DNA of 64,000 nucleotides from Vitrella brassicaformis CCMP3155 (GCA_001179505.1 CDMY01000402.1:21792-85791), one strand, 5' to 3'. Positions 23,824 to 37,251 are shown, counted from the first letter of the stretch. The notes: generated by a model not told the origin, from the sequence alone. Translations and numbers: made by a program.

Positions 23824-26801
23824 CACTGCCCACCGAGGGGGAAGACGGCTGTGTACGAGAGCCGAGTCGAGGAGCTGCGGCGGCTTCTGGTGGCCTACGA
23901 GCACGAACACGAGGACCAAGAGGCCGATAGCCAGCTCTGCGCCACCTTGCCGTAAGCCAATTGGATACGAACAAAGGCAGAGAGAAATGTCTGTCATTTG
24001 TGTCCTTCTCTGTGTGTTGTGTGTTCTCTCTTCGTGTCTGTCAGTGAGTACGTGAGAGAATCGTCCACCCAGGAGCACTCTCCTCCTGTCCCATTTGGTC
24101 GAAACGGAGTCACCCATCTCTTGCTGTGCTGTGTTGTGTTGTGTTGTGTTGTGTTGCAGGACCGAGCTCAACAAGATGAAATACGAGCTCGCCAGGCTCC
24201 AAGACGAGAGCGCACTGCACCGGTAACGCAGACACATGTAATTCAACAGTGTGCGCACGGTCATCGCTGTGTGTTTCATTTCATCAGGGAGCTGGAGGCC
24301 GCCCGCAGTGAGCTGACGACAGCCTGCCGAGAGCACCACAAGGAGCTCATGGAGGTCAAATACGAGCTCTGGTTAGCTCCCACAACAATGCACTCACGCA
24401 AGCTGACGTGGCGTCATCCTTCCCTTGCTCTTTGCTTGTGTACTCAGGGGGCTGGAGGAGGCTCACCGCGACCTCAACGCCGCCATGGAGCAGGCCACAC
24501 GCAGCCACCAGGCGGAGCTGGATGAGCACAAGGCCCAGTGCGAGTGAGTGATAACGAACGACGAAACGACACAGCTGCAGCTGCATCGTCCATAGATGGA
24601 TGGATGGATGGATGAATGTCCTGTCTGTGTTGTTGGTATTCTGCCAACCGACAGGGAGCTGGAGAGCCGAGTGGAGGTCAAGAGCCGCCGGTGCAGAGAG
24701 CTGTCGGACGACGTCAACCAGCGCGACGACGCAATCCGGTAGGTATTGTGGCATGCATGCCACAATTGTTGCCGACCATTTCTGAGCACATGACTTGTAT
24801 GCTGCTATGCTTCACTGTGTGATGGGTGCTTCAGCCGGCTGGTGCAGGAGAAGGGCGAGTTGGACAAGGCGTTGGCGGCCAAGACGCAGGAACTGGAGCG
24901 GCTGCAGACGGCCCATCGGGGCGCCACCACAGCCACCATGCGTCTTGCCGACGAGCTGCGCCTTGCCAAGGAGGAGGCCGCCGCCCTCCGCCTCGCCAGC
25001 AGCCTGCAGGCCCCGCAGCTGCGGCAGCTGCAGGGTGCCTGGAGCGGCCTGCAGGGTGTGGTGAGGCTGGCGATGAGGGCGACCATCGCCCGCCTGCAGG
25101 ACCGTCTGGCTGAGCAAGACGATGAGCTCAACGACGTGCAGGTGCGGTGGCTGGGTGGGGCAGATCAATACGCGACCAATCCGCTCACGGATGTGTATTA
25201 TTCGTCTTTCCTTTTGCTCTCTGCATGTCCGCTTCAGGCGTCGTTCCGTGCTGAGGTGGAGGAGCTGCAGGGTGCGCGCGAGCGGGAGGTGCAGGCGGTG
25301 CGTGGTGCCCTGCAGGAGACACGAAGCCAGCTCCGTGACACACGCAGTTCGCTGGAGGTCGAAAGGTCAGTCAGCTAATGAGGGTAACACCACACGGACA
25401 GTACACACACCGATTTATCATACCGCCCTTGTTTGGTCGCCAGGATTGAGTCCGAAGAGACCATCAGCAGCCTCCGCCAGACCGTTTCAGAGCATCGACA
25501 GTTGCAGGTGCGTCCGTGTGGGTGTGGATGCACCAAAGGGCGGGGGCATGTCGGGATGGGTGTGGCTGCTGGTGTGTCATGTGTGTGGGTGCAGGAGTCC
25601 AATGCCGAGGTGCAGGCGCGGCTACAGGAGCAGACCTCTCGCAATCTCGAGCTGCAGAAAGCCCTCGACACGGCCCAGCAAGCTCGCACGCGGACGGCAC
25701 TCGGCCGCCTCGTGTGTAGCCTGCATCGCGCCAGGCTGAGGCGGAGCATTGGGCAGTGGCAGCGAGAGGGCGCCCATAGCACCATCGTGCAGGGGCAGAG
25801 GGAGGGGGGGCTCCAGCGCATCGCATCGACCCTGAGAGTGGCTACACATCGACACCTCTCAACGACATTCACACGACTGCTCTCGCACGTAAGGCACACC
25901 ACAGCACAACACGACACACACCATGGGATGTTATCGATGAATGGATGCGTGTGCCGCCTCACGGCCAGTCTGCCTCGCCCAGCGACGACCAGATGGCAGT
26001 AGACAGTCATGTCGGTGGGGGTGAAGGTGATGAGTCGGTGCCGTCGTCATCAGCACACGACCGTGCCGCGTTGCCCGATGGACCCCCAGCACCGGTACGA
26101 CAGCACCAGAGATACACAAATGATATATGGCGTCATGTCGCTGTGGCGTGTGGGTCAGATGCAGATGGTTGGCGTATCCGAAGTACCCGTAGGCACGTCG
26201 CATGCTCTCGACGACCACCTCCACCACCAGCAGCAGCAGGTACAGTACACCGATAGTGAGAGGCCAGGAAGGCGCCATCAGATGCGCACGTCTGTCTGTC
26301 TGTCTGTCTTGTGCCATGCAGAGTGTTGTTTCCATAGTGGCCATGATGGGGGCCCAGCCGGGCCCTGAGATGCCCAGCGGACATCCGCCGTCTGATGCGG
26401 CAATGGTCGGTCCATCCGCACAGTCGTCAGATGGGTGGACTGAGAAAGACGATGAAGAGTGGAATAAGGGGCTACAATCGCTCAACGATTTCCAGGCGCC
26501 GGGCATGCTCACTCCCCCTGCCCCGCCACCACCTCCACCTCCACCCCCACCTCCGCCACCTGTGCCGCCCCCTCTGTTTCACCCACCCATTCACGGCGTT
26601 GCCTTTCCACGGCCGCCGTTCGTTTATCCCCGCCCCCCTTTGGCGCCTCACAATCCCCTGCCAGCCGTCATGCCGCCCAGCACTGCCGCCCAGCCAAATC
26701 CCAACACGGCCCCCATGACACCCCCAGTTTGTCGACCATTCGGACAGGCGGGGCCAAACACACCTGGCCGGCCATCGCAGCAGCACGGCGGAGCGAAGTA
26801 G
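23824..26801 (+). CDS. Long coiled-coil protein with a Pro-rich C-terminal tail (5' end unresolved)
   Basis: In-frame spliced exons ...VEELRRLL...ATLP|TELNKMKYELARLQDESALHR|ELEAARSELTT...|GLEEAHRDL...|...QEKGELDKALAAKTQELERLQ...|IESEETISSLRQ...|ESNAEVQARLQEQ..., ending in a poly-Pro exon with stop at 26801. No in-frame ATG was identified. Confidence 0.65.
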
Positions 26802-27719
26802 ACGGCACACAGAAAAGTGCGGCGGGCGGGCAGAGAGGATGGGAGTGCGGAGGTAGCAAACGAGGTCTAGCTCACCGTGGCCGTCCCAGCAAGTGGATGG
26901 GGCTGCCGACGTGCGGTGTGATGTGTTGAGTATAGATGGGACTGTGTGTGTGCAGATGGACTGACTGATACACGTGACGTGAATGGAATGGATGTATTCA
27001 AATCATACCTATCCCTTCGAGAGCATTCCACTATAGGTAGGTCCATCTGTACACCTCACACCCACACACAGCCATCCCTTTCCCCCGAGTCACCCAGTCG
27101 TCTCCCCTATCCACACACTCCCAGCCCCCACCCCCACCCTCACCGTCACCCACACACACGCGATGCATCACTCCACGGAACCAAAGACGGGAAGCCACGG
27201 CAACAAACCAGACAGGGAGGCAGGCAGACAGGCAGATAGTGAGGCAGCAAAGGAGAGGCCACGGCCAGCCAGCCAGATAGCACCAGCTCGTGTGTGTGTC
27301 AGACACCCGACACACGCACCTCCGCCCCCCTGTGTGGCCCAGCTAACCCCGCCGCCCGACCCCCAGCACACTTATCCCCCAGCACACTTATCCGATCCCT
27401 CTACGCCGCGCCGCCTTGGTGGCCTTGGCAGCCCTCTTCTGCACCACCAAGGGGACAGCACAAACAGCACCACACAACACACTATACAGCTGTCGTGTTG
27501 GCGGGTCTGTGTCCTTGTACCTGCAGCAGGTGGTCTCTGTACCAATGGCTCTGTACTGGATGGCCATGGCGCCAAAGTCCCGCCCCTCCTGAGTGCCGCG
27601 CAGAGAAGGCATCCACTGACAGAACTCCTGCAGTGAACAAACAGACGGACACCGTCGGCGCCCCTGGCAGTCAGTGCATCTGCCTCCTCTGTGCTCACAT
27701 TCGGATGGTCGCGCTTGAG

Positions 27720-27915
27720 GCTGATGTACTTGTCCGCGAAGGCTTGCGGTGGTCGCTGTGGCCGTCGGGCATCTCCAAACCCATCGCCGTCAGCGACTGG
27801 CGGACGGCAGCTGCCAGGGGCAGCTGCAGATTCCCCCGGAGAGAACCGGATCTCGCTGATCTCACCTCCACACCGAGAGGAGCTCGCAGTTATGAGCTCG
27901 CAATTGAGGAAGGGA

Positions 27916-27955
<40 letters not shown>

Positions 27956-28939
27956 TGACTACGCGCACACCCGCCGCCGCCGCCGTGAGGCAAAAACTTC
28001 TGAGTAAGGGAATCGCCTTGCCCGACATCCATGCCGACGACCCCAAGGAGGTCACGAACAAGTACGACAGCCTGAAGCGCAACCACCCGGAGGTGAGCAG
28101 GGCAGGGAGGCGCATGCACCAGTGCGCAATGGCACCAGGGGCATTGACGACGTTCATTCGTTTTGCTCTCCCACTGCAGGAGCACCGTGAGAGGATGGAG
28201 TCGGTGAGGGGCACCAAGGAGGCGACGGAACTTGTCGTCATGTTCAACGCATACAAAGAGGAGCTGCAGAAGGTATGTCAGACGCACATCCATCCACACA
28301 CGGAGTACGTGACACTCGGTGTGCTGTGTGGGCCGCTCGCCGTTTTCCAGAAGTGGGAGGCCACCAAGGATGGCGAAGGCCGCCAAGGCCGCCAAGGCCG
28401 CCAAGGCCGCCAAGGATCCTGCCAGCACCAGCCGCCAGCAACATCATCAGGAGAGGGAGAGACGCGAGCGCGAGCGTGAGCATCCGGAGCGTCAGCCTTC
28501 GGCCCCCCTCGCCGCCTCCGTCTCGGCGTCGCTCCCTCCCGCCGGCCTGCAGACGTCATGGGCGCCGTCGATCGGCAGCAAACAGCCGAGGATAGCCACT
28601 GTGGGTGGCACCCCCTACCGCCCGGCCCCCACCTGCGCCCCGCCGCCCATGCCGCACGCCACCACCAAGGCCCACCACGGCGGCAGCCAGCTGGCGGTGC
28701 TGGTGTCCCACTGGGGGGAAGGGGAGGATGGCTTTTACGCCAGCTCCCTGACCCAGTGGGACCTGGCCTACTGGGAGAGGAAGGGGCCGTGGTGGCTGGT
28801 GTCGTGGGAGGTGCCGGAGGCATCCTGCTGCTGTGTGGAGATGGGGAGGAGCATGGTGCGAGGGGTGCGGATGGCGGGGGCGTGGCTCGAGGCGGCGGCT
28901 GACGATGTCGGCCGCCGCCTCAAATCCCTCCTCCATTGA
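27720..28939 (+). CDS. Hypothetical protein, possibly frameshifted
   Basis: Exons RQKLLSKGIALPDIHADDPKEVTNKYDSLKRNHPE|EHRERMESVRGTKEATELVVMFNAYKEELQK|KWEATK... have canonical splice sites. The continuation is ambiguous between stops at 28479 and 28939. Confidence 0.4.
28376..28415. repeat. 9-bp tandem repeat x4 (aaggccgcc)
   Basis: Directly visible; open in several frames. Confidence 0.95.
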
Positions 28940-29154
28940 GGGGCGGTCGGCCTCTCGGGCGCTGTCAGCGGCGTCGGAGATGGTCGGCCGCACGTTCTTT
29001 TTCTTTTTCGCCCCCTCTCCCTTTTCTTTCAGCCCCGCCCCCCGTCGCAGCCTCTTCCGATCCCTCTCGCCCTCTCTCCCAGCCCCCCAGTGACCACCAC
29101 CACTATCACCACCATGCCAACCCACCCCAACCCGATCGTCGGCATCTGACCACC

Positions 29155-29454
29155 NNNNNNNNNNNNNNNNNNNNNNNNNNNNNNNNNNNNNNNNNNNNNN
29201 NNNNNNNNNNNNNNNNNNNNNNNNNNNNNNNNNNNNNNNNNNNNNNNNNNNNNNNNNNNNNNNNNNNNNNNNNNNNNNNNNNNNNNNNNNNNNNNNNNNN
29301 NNNNNNNNNNNNNNNNNNNNNNNNNNNNNNNNNNNNNNNNNNNNNNNNNNNNNNNNNNNNNNNNNNNNNNNNNNNNNNNNNNNNNNNNNNNNNNNNNNNN
29401 NNNNNNNNNNNNNNNNNNNNNNNNNNNNNNNNNNNNNNNNNNNNNNNNNNNNNN
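29155..29454. other. Scaffold gap (300 N)
   Basis: Run of N. Confidence 1.
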
Positions 29455-31588
29455 TCGTGTCTGTCAGTGAGTACGTGAGAGAATCGTCCACCCAGGAGCA
29501 CTCTCCTCCTGTCCCATTTGGTCGAAACGGAGTCACCCATCTCTTGCTGTGCTGTGTTGTGTTGTGTTGTGTTGTGTTGCAGGACCGAGCTCAACAAGAT
29601 GAAATACGAGCTCGCCAGGCTCCAAGACGAGAGCGCACTGCACCGGTAACGCAGACACATGTAATTCAACAGTGTGCGCACGGTCATCGCTGTGTGTTTC
29701 ATTTCATCAGGGAGCTGGAGGCCGCCCGCAGTGAGCTGACGACAGCCTGCCGAGAGCACCACAAGGAGCTCATGGAGGTCAAATACGAGCTCTGGTTAGC
29801 TCCCACAACAATGCACTCACGCAAGCTGACGTGGCGTCATCCTTCCCTTGCTCTTTGCTTGTGTACTCAGGGGGCTGGAGGAGGCTCACCGCGACCTCAA
29901 GGCCGCCATGGAGCAGGCCACACGCAGGCACCAGGCGGAGCTGGAGGAGCACAAGGCCCAGTGCGAGTGAGTGATAACGAACGACGAAACGACACAGCTG
30001 CATCGTCCATGGAGGGATGGATGGATGGATGTGCTGTTTGTGTGGCTGTTTTGTGTCGACTGACAGAGAGCTGGAGAGTCGACTCGACCTCGCCAGTCGG
30101 CGGCGCAGAGAGCTGTCGGACGACGTCAACCAGCGCGACGACGTCAACCAGGCATGCCACAATTGTTGCCGACCATTTCTGAGCACATGACTTGTATGCT
30201 GCTATGCTTCTCTGTGTGATGGGTGCTTCAGCCGGCTGGTGCAGGAGAAGGGCGAGCTCGGCAAGGCGTCGGAGGGCAAGACGCAGGAGTTGGAGCGGCT
30301 GCAGACGGCCCATCGGGGCGCCACCACAGCCACCATGCGTCTTGCCCACGAGCTGCGCCTTGCCAAGGAGGAGGCCGGCCTCAGGCACTGCCCATTCAAC
30401 CTGCATTGCTCTCTTTCTCTCTGTGCGTGTGTGTGCAGACGACATGGCCTGGTTCATCCCGACAAGCCGCCGTGTACGCGTCCAAAGGATGCAATGCTAT
30501 CTTCTCATTCGTGCCTGTGTGTGGGTCTTTGTCTGTGTCTGTGTGTAGGCCTTGCGATTGAGGGAGGCGGCCGGTTGGTGTGACACCCCCGCGGCAACCT
30601 CTACTTCACCCACGAAGGGCGTGCGCCTCCGTCTCCCCGAAGAGATGCGCCAGCTCCCGCGGACAGGAGGGCCCTCCCTACCCTCCCGAGTGGATAAACC
30701 CCGACGGCAGCTTCAACAGCGAGGAGGTGACCGAGCTGCCATGGGAACAGCCGGGGTGGACAGGGTGGAGGCCCGAGACGCCTGCCCCTGCGGCCGGGGC
30801 GGCGGCGGGAGGGGTGCAACGGCCTGCAGGGAGTGGTGCGGCTGGCCATGAGGGCAAGCATCGCGCGTCTGCAGGACCGCCTGGCTGAGCAAGACCAAGG
30901 GCTCAGTGAGATGCAGGTGCGGTGGGTGGGTGGGACACATCAATGCGCGACCAGTCCATACGGATGTGTATAGTTCGTCTTTCCTTCTGTCTGCATGTTT
31001 GCCTCTCTCTCTCCCTCCGTGTCTGTGTCGACAGGCTTATCCATTGTTCGCTGGTGTTGCCCCCCGCCCACTCGGGCGCTGAAGCTGTCTGTGTGATTGT
31101 ATTGTGTGCTCGCGTCTCGTATTTGTGCTCAGGCGTCGTCCCATGGTGACGTGGAGGAGCTGCAGGGTGCGCACGAGCGGGAGCTGCAGGCGGTGCGTGG
31201 TGCCCTGCAGGAGACACGAAGCCAGCTCAGGAACGCACGCAGTTCGCTGGAGGTCGAAAGGTCAGTCGGGCGGTGAGCCAATGAGGGCAACACCACACGG
31301 ACATGTACACCCACACCGATTTATCATGCCGCCCTTGTTTTGGTCGCCAGAATTGAATCCGAAGAGACCATCAGCAGGCTCCGCCAGACCGTTTCAGAGC
31401 ATCGACAGCTGCAGGTGCGTCCGTCCGTTTGGGTGCACCAAAGGGCGGGGGCATGTCTGGATGGGTGTGGGTGTTGGTGTGTCATGTGGCTGGGTGTAGG
31501 AGTCCAACGACGAGGTGCAGGCGCGGCTACAGGAGCAGATCTCCCGCAATCTCGAACTGCAGAACGCCCTTGACACGGCCCAGCACAC
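29455..31588 (+). pseudogene. Partial tandem duplicate of the coiled-coil gene (copy of ~24033-25680), internally rearranged and 3'-truncated
   Basis: Same exon/intron series as 24033-25680. About 430 bp of unrelated sequence replaces part of one exon (~30376-30810). Homology stops at ...cacggcccagca (~31583). Confidence 0.85.
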
Positions 31589-32503
31589 GAGAAGGCGCCG
31601 CTTCTTATCTCTGCCTACATTTTATATTCCGTGTACGTGAAACTCCCGCAACTGCGCCCTGTCTATCGTTGGACGCATGTGCGCCTTCCTGTGCGTATGA
31701 TGGTGTGTGCGCGTGAGACATACCACGGATGACATTTCCATCGATGCTAAGTTATTTCCATCGATGCGTTCGTTATTTCGTTACACAATTCCATGGATTG
31801 GTCCATCCACCAGACAGACACCAGCAACCAAGCATACTATGGGTTCAAAACTGAGGCGCACACACACACACACATAAGACGTATGTGTCACGGACGCAAA
31901 CCATGACCTGTACAACGACACGACACGACACGACAGGCACACAGAGACACCTACGTGCACAGAGAGGTAGACAGACAGAGGTAGGGTAGGCGGGTGTCCC
32001 TTCGGGCTGCATAGGTAGCATCATCAGCTCGTCCACACACAGACATACACACATACACAGGCATATATGTATGAATTCACGGTGACCACGCACTAAATCA
32101 ATCGCTTCAAACAGCTGAGAAAAGCGATCGAAGCTGTCGGGGAGATCGCCAACCTTTCGACGGCCCCTGTCCTTCAGAGATAGGATGAAAAGGAAACCCC
32201 CCAAAGCAGAAGAGACACCAGCAGCCACGCTAAGAGCCAAGAAGGAATGAGGTATGTCGGTCGCGAGCAGCTGTCTACCCCCATCTCTGTAGGCTTCTCT
32301 TCACCGCTCATGTCCCCCCCTCTTAGCCATCGTGTGGACAGCAATGCACCCACACATTGCTGACGAGGGCTGAAAGGAGGGCGGGAGAGCGGTGAAGATG
32401 CGCCAAGAGACGTTGGCAATCTACACATACGGCACCATCGCACGACTAAGCGGTCGCTGGCTGTCTGTCTGTCTGTCTGTCCAACTCTCCGCCCGCCCGT
32501 TAA

Positions 32504-34446
32504 TCAACACGGACAGACCCCCTCCGACACCACCACGCCGGCCCCGACGGGCGGAGCAGCCACACACTCGCCCCCAGCCACACACGACACCCCATTAACC
32601 ATCTTCATCCCATTCACGTACGCCTTCCCACGCCCAACGCTGCCGCCGCCCTCGTCGATCCGCTTGGCGCCTGGTGGATGGGTGTGGTGCCAGTAGTGCG
32701 GGTGCGTCTCCTTCTTCTTGAGGGTCGCACCGCGCACACCAGCAGATGAGGGCATGGCCACCATCCCCGACGCCTCGATCCGCCTCTCTGTCGCGCTGTC
32801 GACCTCCCGACTCTGCTGCTGCTGCTGGTGGTGACTGGGCTGGTGCTGATTGTGGTGGGGTGGGTGCTGATGGCAATCGTGGAAGATCTCCTGCTGCTCC
32901 CTGTCCTTGCGATTGTCTTGGTCCTGGTTGTGCTCGCGCGGTGTGGTGTGCGTGGGGGGCGGGGGCGGAGGCGGGGGAGGGGGCGCAGGCTGCTTGGTGC
33001 TGGTGCGGAGTGAGAGGATGTGCCTGACGTCTTTGGTCTTGCGGACGGCGAGCAGGAGGGGTATGAGATCCAGGAGGGCCCTGTCGTCGCGCTGGCCCCA
33101 CCACCCCTGGATGGGGAGCGCGTTCTCTGAGGAATGAACAGATGGATGGATGGACACGTGGATGGATGGACGGGCCTCATGTTGGTGCAGTGCAGGGGCT
33201 GTTGTGTTGTGTTGTGTTGTGTGTATACCTACCTGGGAATTTGGAGTATGCGATTGGCGAGTCGTCGACCAGGATGACGCGAGACAGCTCGTGGCGCACA
33301 ATACGCAGATCCTGAGGCAACGAAACAAACGGTTAACGATGGACGAGAGAGTGGATGGATGAATGCATCGCATATATCAACGACAGAGAGCAAGCTCAGC
33401 TCGCCTTGGCTTGGCATACCTACCTTGACAAACTGCCCATTGTCGTTCTGCACACAGCTGTCCCTGCACGGCACACATGCAGAGCAGACACACAGACACA
33501 GGCGGTCACTGCACTGCACTGCTGGTCTGTCTGTCAGTCGTGCTGGGTGTGTGGTCTGGTCTGGTCTGGTCTGGTCTGGCTGACCTGAAGAATCGCTTGT
33601 CGACGTATGTGTGAAGGTCCAGCTGGTCGATGATTGCGTCAGCATACTCCTGCCGACCCGCTGTGTACACAACGATCTCGTAAACCGGGTACATCTCCGC
33701 GAGAAACCTCATCAAGTGCGGCCTCCTGGCCACGCGGAAGGTGGCGACCCTCTCGTCCACGCGCACATCCACCTTGACCGTCCGCACAGCCACCTCACGG
33801 AGGTCGTTGTGCCCGCTCACACCATTGCCCCAGATAATGATCTCCCGACCGCCATTGGCACCGCCCGTCCCGCCCGCAGAAGAGCGCCGCGTGCGGCGTC
33901 GCTCGCGCGTTGAGGTGGCACGGTCAGGCGGCGCGTCGGATGGCGGGGAAGGGGCCGTGTGTGTGCGGGGCGACGGGTCCTGATGTGATGACACACATAG
34001 ACAGACAGACAGACAGACACATGCAGTGCAGTGCAGTGAGTGCGTTTGCTGAGCGAGCTGCATGGCGGACATACCGGCAGTTTGACGGCATGGATGAGGG
34101 TCTCGTCCAAATCTAGGACCAGGGTCATCGACGGCCGCACCCTTCGGCCGCTATCGAGCCTCCTGACGTGATGGCCGCCCACCAGGCGGCCGTACGATAC
34201 AGGTCCTCCCCTAAGCAGCGTCACCAGATGGCCTGCAAGAGAACGGGGAAAAGATATCAACAGGTGTGAGATGTCTGTCAGTTGCTCCTCATCATCGTCG
34301 GAACGCAGCGGACCTGGGAGAGACTCGACGGCAGCCAGGAAGCTCCACACATAGCGAAGGAGAGAGCGGGTGAAATTGATGAGGTGCCTGAAGCGGAAGC
34401 GCAGGCGAGCCATCAGCTGAGTGCCGCCACCGGCCATCAGCCGCAT
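32504..34446 (-). CDS. FCP1/SCP (NIF) family HAD phosphatase, CTDSP/CTDNEP1-like
   Basis: TLVLDLDETLIH, RRPHL..FL..M...YEIVVYTAG.QEYADAIID.LD, RFFR|DSC.....FVK|DLRIVRHELSRVILVDDSPIAY, ENALPI.GW.G...DRALLDLIPLL. The start could be 34446 or one of the next two in-frame ATGs. Confidence 0.92.
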
Positions 34447-34663
34447 GTCAGCGAGAGCTCGGGAATACCGAGCTCGAAAGAATACCAGTGCGATGCCTCA
34501 GTTGTCAATGCACTTCATGCCGTCAACTGTGCCAAAGACCAAAAAGAGAGAAGCCGAAAAAGCCTTCCGAACGTGCTCTACCACAAACGCGTTTCACGCC
34601 TTCATGCCCTAAGCGCTTCGACGGCAGCAGACGCCTTTCTTTGCTTTTGGGAGCTCTTTAGGG

Positions 34664-37251
34664 ATGCGAGGGCAGCGCGGCTGCCTTCCGCCGTCGCGCA
34701 GGCCCTCCTCGAGTGGCAGGAGGTCCTCGCAACGCAGCACGGCAGCCGGGCGACGCTCGAGAAGGCCTCCATGGGACGTAAGGCCACACACGCACATGCA
34801 TACATCTGCATTCATGCATGCACTGTTCTGTTCACACCGGTTGGTTGCAGGACAGCATCAGTGACATGAATCGCTATCGGCTGCCAGAGGAGGTTCTTCG
34901 TCATCGCCGGCAGATGGCTGTGTCATCGCACGAGGCCACGGCACGGTTCGCCTATCGGCATCACATTGAGGAGATACGGCGCGGCAGTATGGCACCGATC
35001 ATCAAACAGGTATGTACTAGTGAGGACTACATGCCGGACGGATGCCTCTGCTCATGGATGGATGGATGGGTGGATTGGTGTGGATGAATGCAGGTTCGTG
35101 ACTACACCCCCCCGCCCACCCGTTCCATCTTCACCGAGGCACTGGGACAAGACAACAATAATGACATCAACACCCACCGTCACTTCACGAGAACGGCCAA
35201 CCACGTCAACCTCCCGCCCGCCCGACTTCGCGGCAGCAGGGGAAGGATGACTGCCAGCTCGGGTGACGCTGATTCAGGTACGTACAAAGGGGGGGGGAAA
35301 GACGAGCCCACCGACGGTGTGGCATGGGTCTACCTCAGTTGACGAGACCGACCTAGAGGCTGAGGTAGAGATCTTCCGTTCGGTGCGTGAGGAGCTGTCG
35401 TCGCTTGTGGGTGCCACCGTCAGCGATGCAGACACATCGTTCGAGGCGTACCAGCGGCAGGGCAGCCCTCCCAAGGCACCAGAGCCGCTGTCTGAGTCAC
35501 TGGTGAAGGCGCAGCTGCATCAGCAGGGGGGCGGGGAGGGGGAGGGTGTGGATGCGGATGCGGATGCGGGTGCGGGCTGCGAGAAAGGTGATGCAGTAGT
35601 TGGGGAGAGTATGGGTGGCCTGGGAGCGATCCGCAAGGAATCGCCTGATGATAAGGTGCGTGGGTGTTGGCTGACATAGATGCAAGCCCCTAACACTTTC
35701 TGTTCATGGGTTTTGGTGTGTGCGCAGGTTGGTGTGGAGAAGACCGACGTCGCCCCCGCCGATCGTCGTGCAGACTCGCAGCCTCCCACCCGCCCACCGT
35801 TGGCACGGAAGCGCCCACCGCTCCCTCCCCAGCATCGCAAGACCGCCCCAGCGGCCGGCAAACAAGGGGAGGCCGTCCATGTCATTCCCTCTGCTCCTCT
35901 CGTGATGGAATCCTTTTGCCGTGAGCAGGAGGAGTCCATCGCGGGAGAGGAGGGAGGGAAGGCGGCTTGTGTGGAGGAGTGCGTGGCGGGCGAGCAGGAC
36001 GGTGGGGAAGGGGCTACTGTAGCTAACGGCGCGGATGATGCAGATGACCCGGTAAGTGACTGACGGGGAAAACGGCACATTCAAATGGACACGACACACA
36101 CTCTCATGTGTGTCGTGTCGTGTTGTCAGGCCCCCAACGGCACAACCGCATCGCCACTGGAGGGCCTCTCGTCGCCATCTCCCGTCAAGACGACGCGACA
36201 CGCACCCACACCCATCCAGAGGGACATTGTCGGCCGATCGGTGCGCATAATTCCGTCAGACACCACCACAGATACGATGGCCAGCGAGGGGGAGAGGGCG
36301 GCCAAGGCGGGCAAAGATAAGCCGCTTGAGATGTCGGCGTCGGGCAAGGCGGAGGAGGTGACGAAGGGGGCACTGGGGGGAGAGGGGGGAGGCGGCAACA
36401 CCATGCTGGTAAGAGAAGGGACCACTCACACAAACTGCAACATGCAACCAACCGGCATTGTCTGTCGTCCATGTAATCGTTTCTCAGGTGGACCGTCGTG
36501 GCCAAGATGTGCTGGCTGGACGAAAGGCGCTTCAGAGGCCAAAGGCCTACAGCCCTGAGGAATCGCCCCTGACGCCTCCCCGCAGGCACTCGAGGACGGG
36601 CCTCGAGAGTGCGGCGTTGGTGCACAATCGAGCGCAGTCGCCGCCGTCCCCGTCAGTGCAGCCCCGCAGGCCCCCGGCACCGCACCCTGATCCCCAACAG
36701 CCATCCCCACCAAACCCACACAAACAAGACAGCTTCCTGGTATGTGTGTATGCTCTCCACATGCACACAATGCCTGAGTGCTCACACCCAGAAATCCGTT
36801 TCATCCTGTCTGTCTGTCTGCCTGCCTGTCCGTTTGTCTGCAGGCGTACCTGCGTAACGAGACACTGTTCGAGTCGACTCCCCCATCGCCGCCCCGGTCG
36901 ATGAAACCCGACTTCGAGATCCTCGCCGACCGCTACCCCTACAACAGCAATGTCAGCCGGGCCGCCTCGGCAGCCAACAGCGAGGAGGGGAGGGGGGGAT
37001 GGAATGGGGTCAGCGACGGGGTGCCGTTTCCCATCGTAAGGGGCGACTTCGGGACGGTGTCGTGTGTGGGCAAGGAGCTCCTGCACACCAAGCCGCGAAC
37101 CACCGAGCGACCGGTGAGGGGTGGGGTGAATGGATGGCCTGGCCTTCATTGCATTCGTGTGTCTGTGTGTTTGTGTTTGTGTTTGTGGTTGTGTGTGTGG
37201 TTGTAGGGTGGATGTGTGTACAGGGACGATATTGGCGTTGGGTTGGCTGAA
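34664..37251 (+). CDS. Hypothetical, largely disordered protein; multi-exon; ends approximate
   Basis: Chain of in-frame GT-AG exons (DSISDMNRYRLPEEVLRHRRQ..., VRDYTPPPTRSIFTEALG..., ETDLEAEVEIFRSVREEL..., AYLRNETLFESTPPSPPRSMKPDFEILADRYPY...). No family was recognised. Confidence 0.55.

Noticed and set aside
31845-32240. Minus-strand ORF with a hydrophobic start (LALSVAAGVSSALGGFLFILS...)
   Set aside because: No ATG start and no consistent splice path; its C-terminal half is microsatellite sequence.
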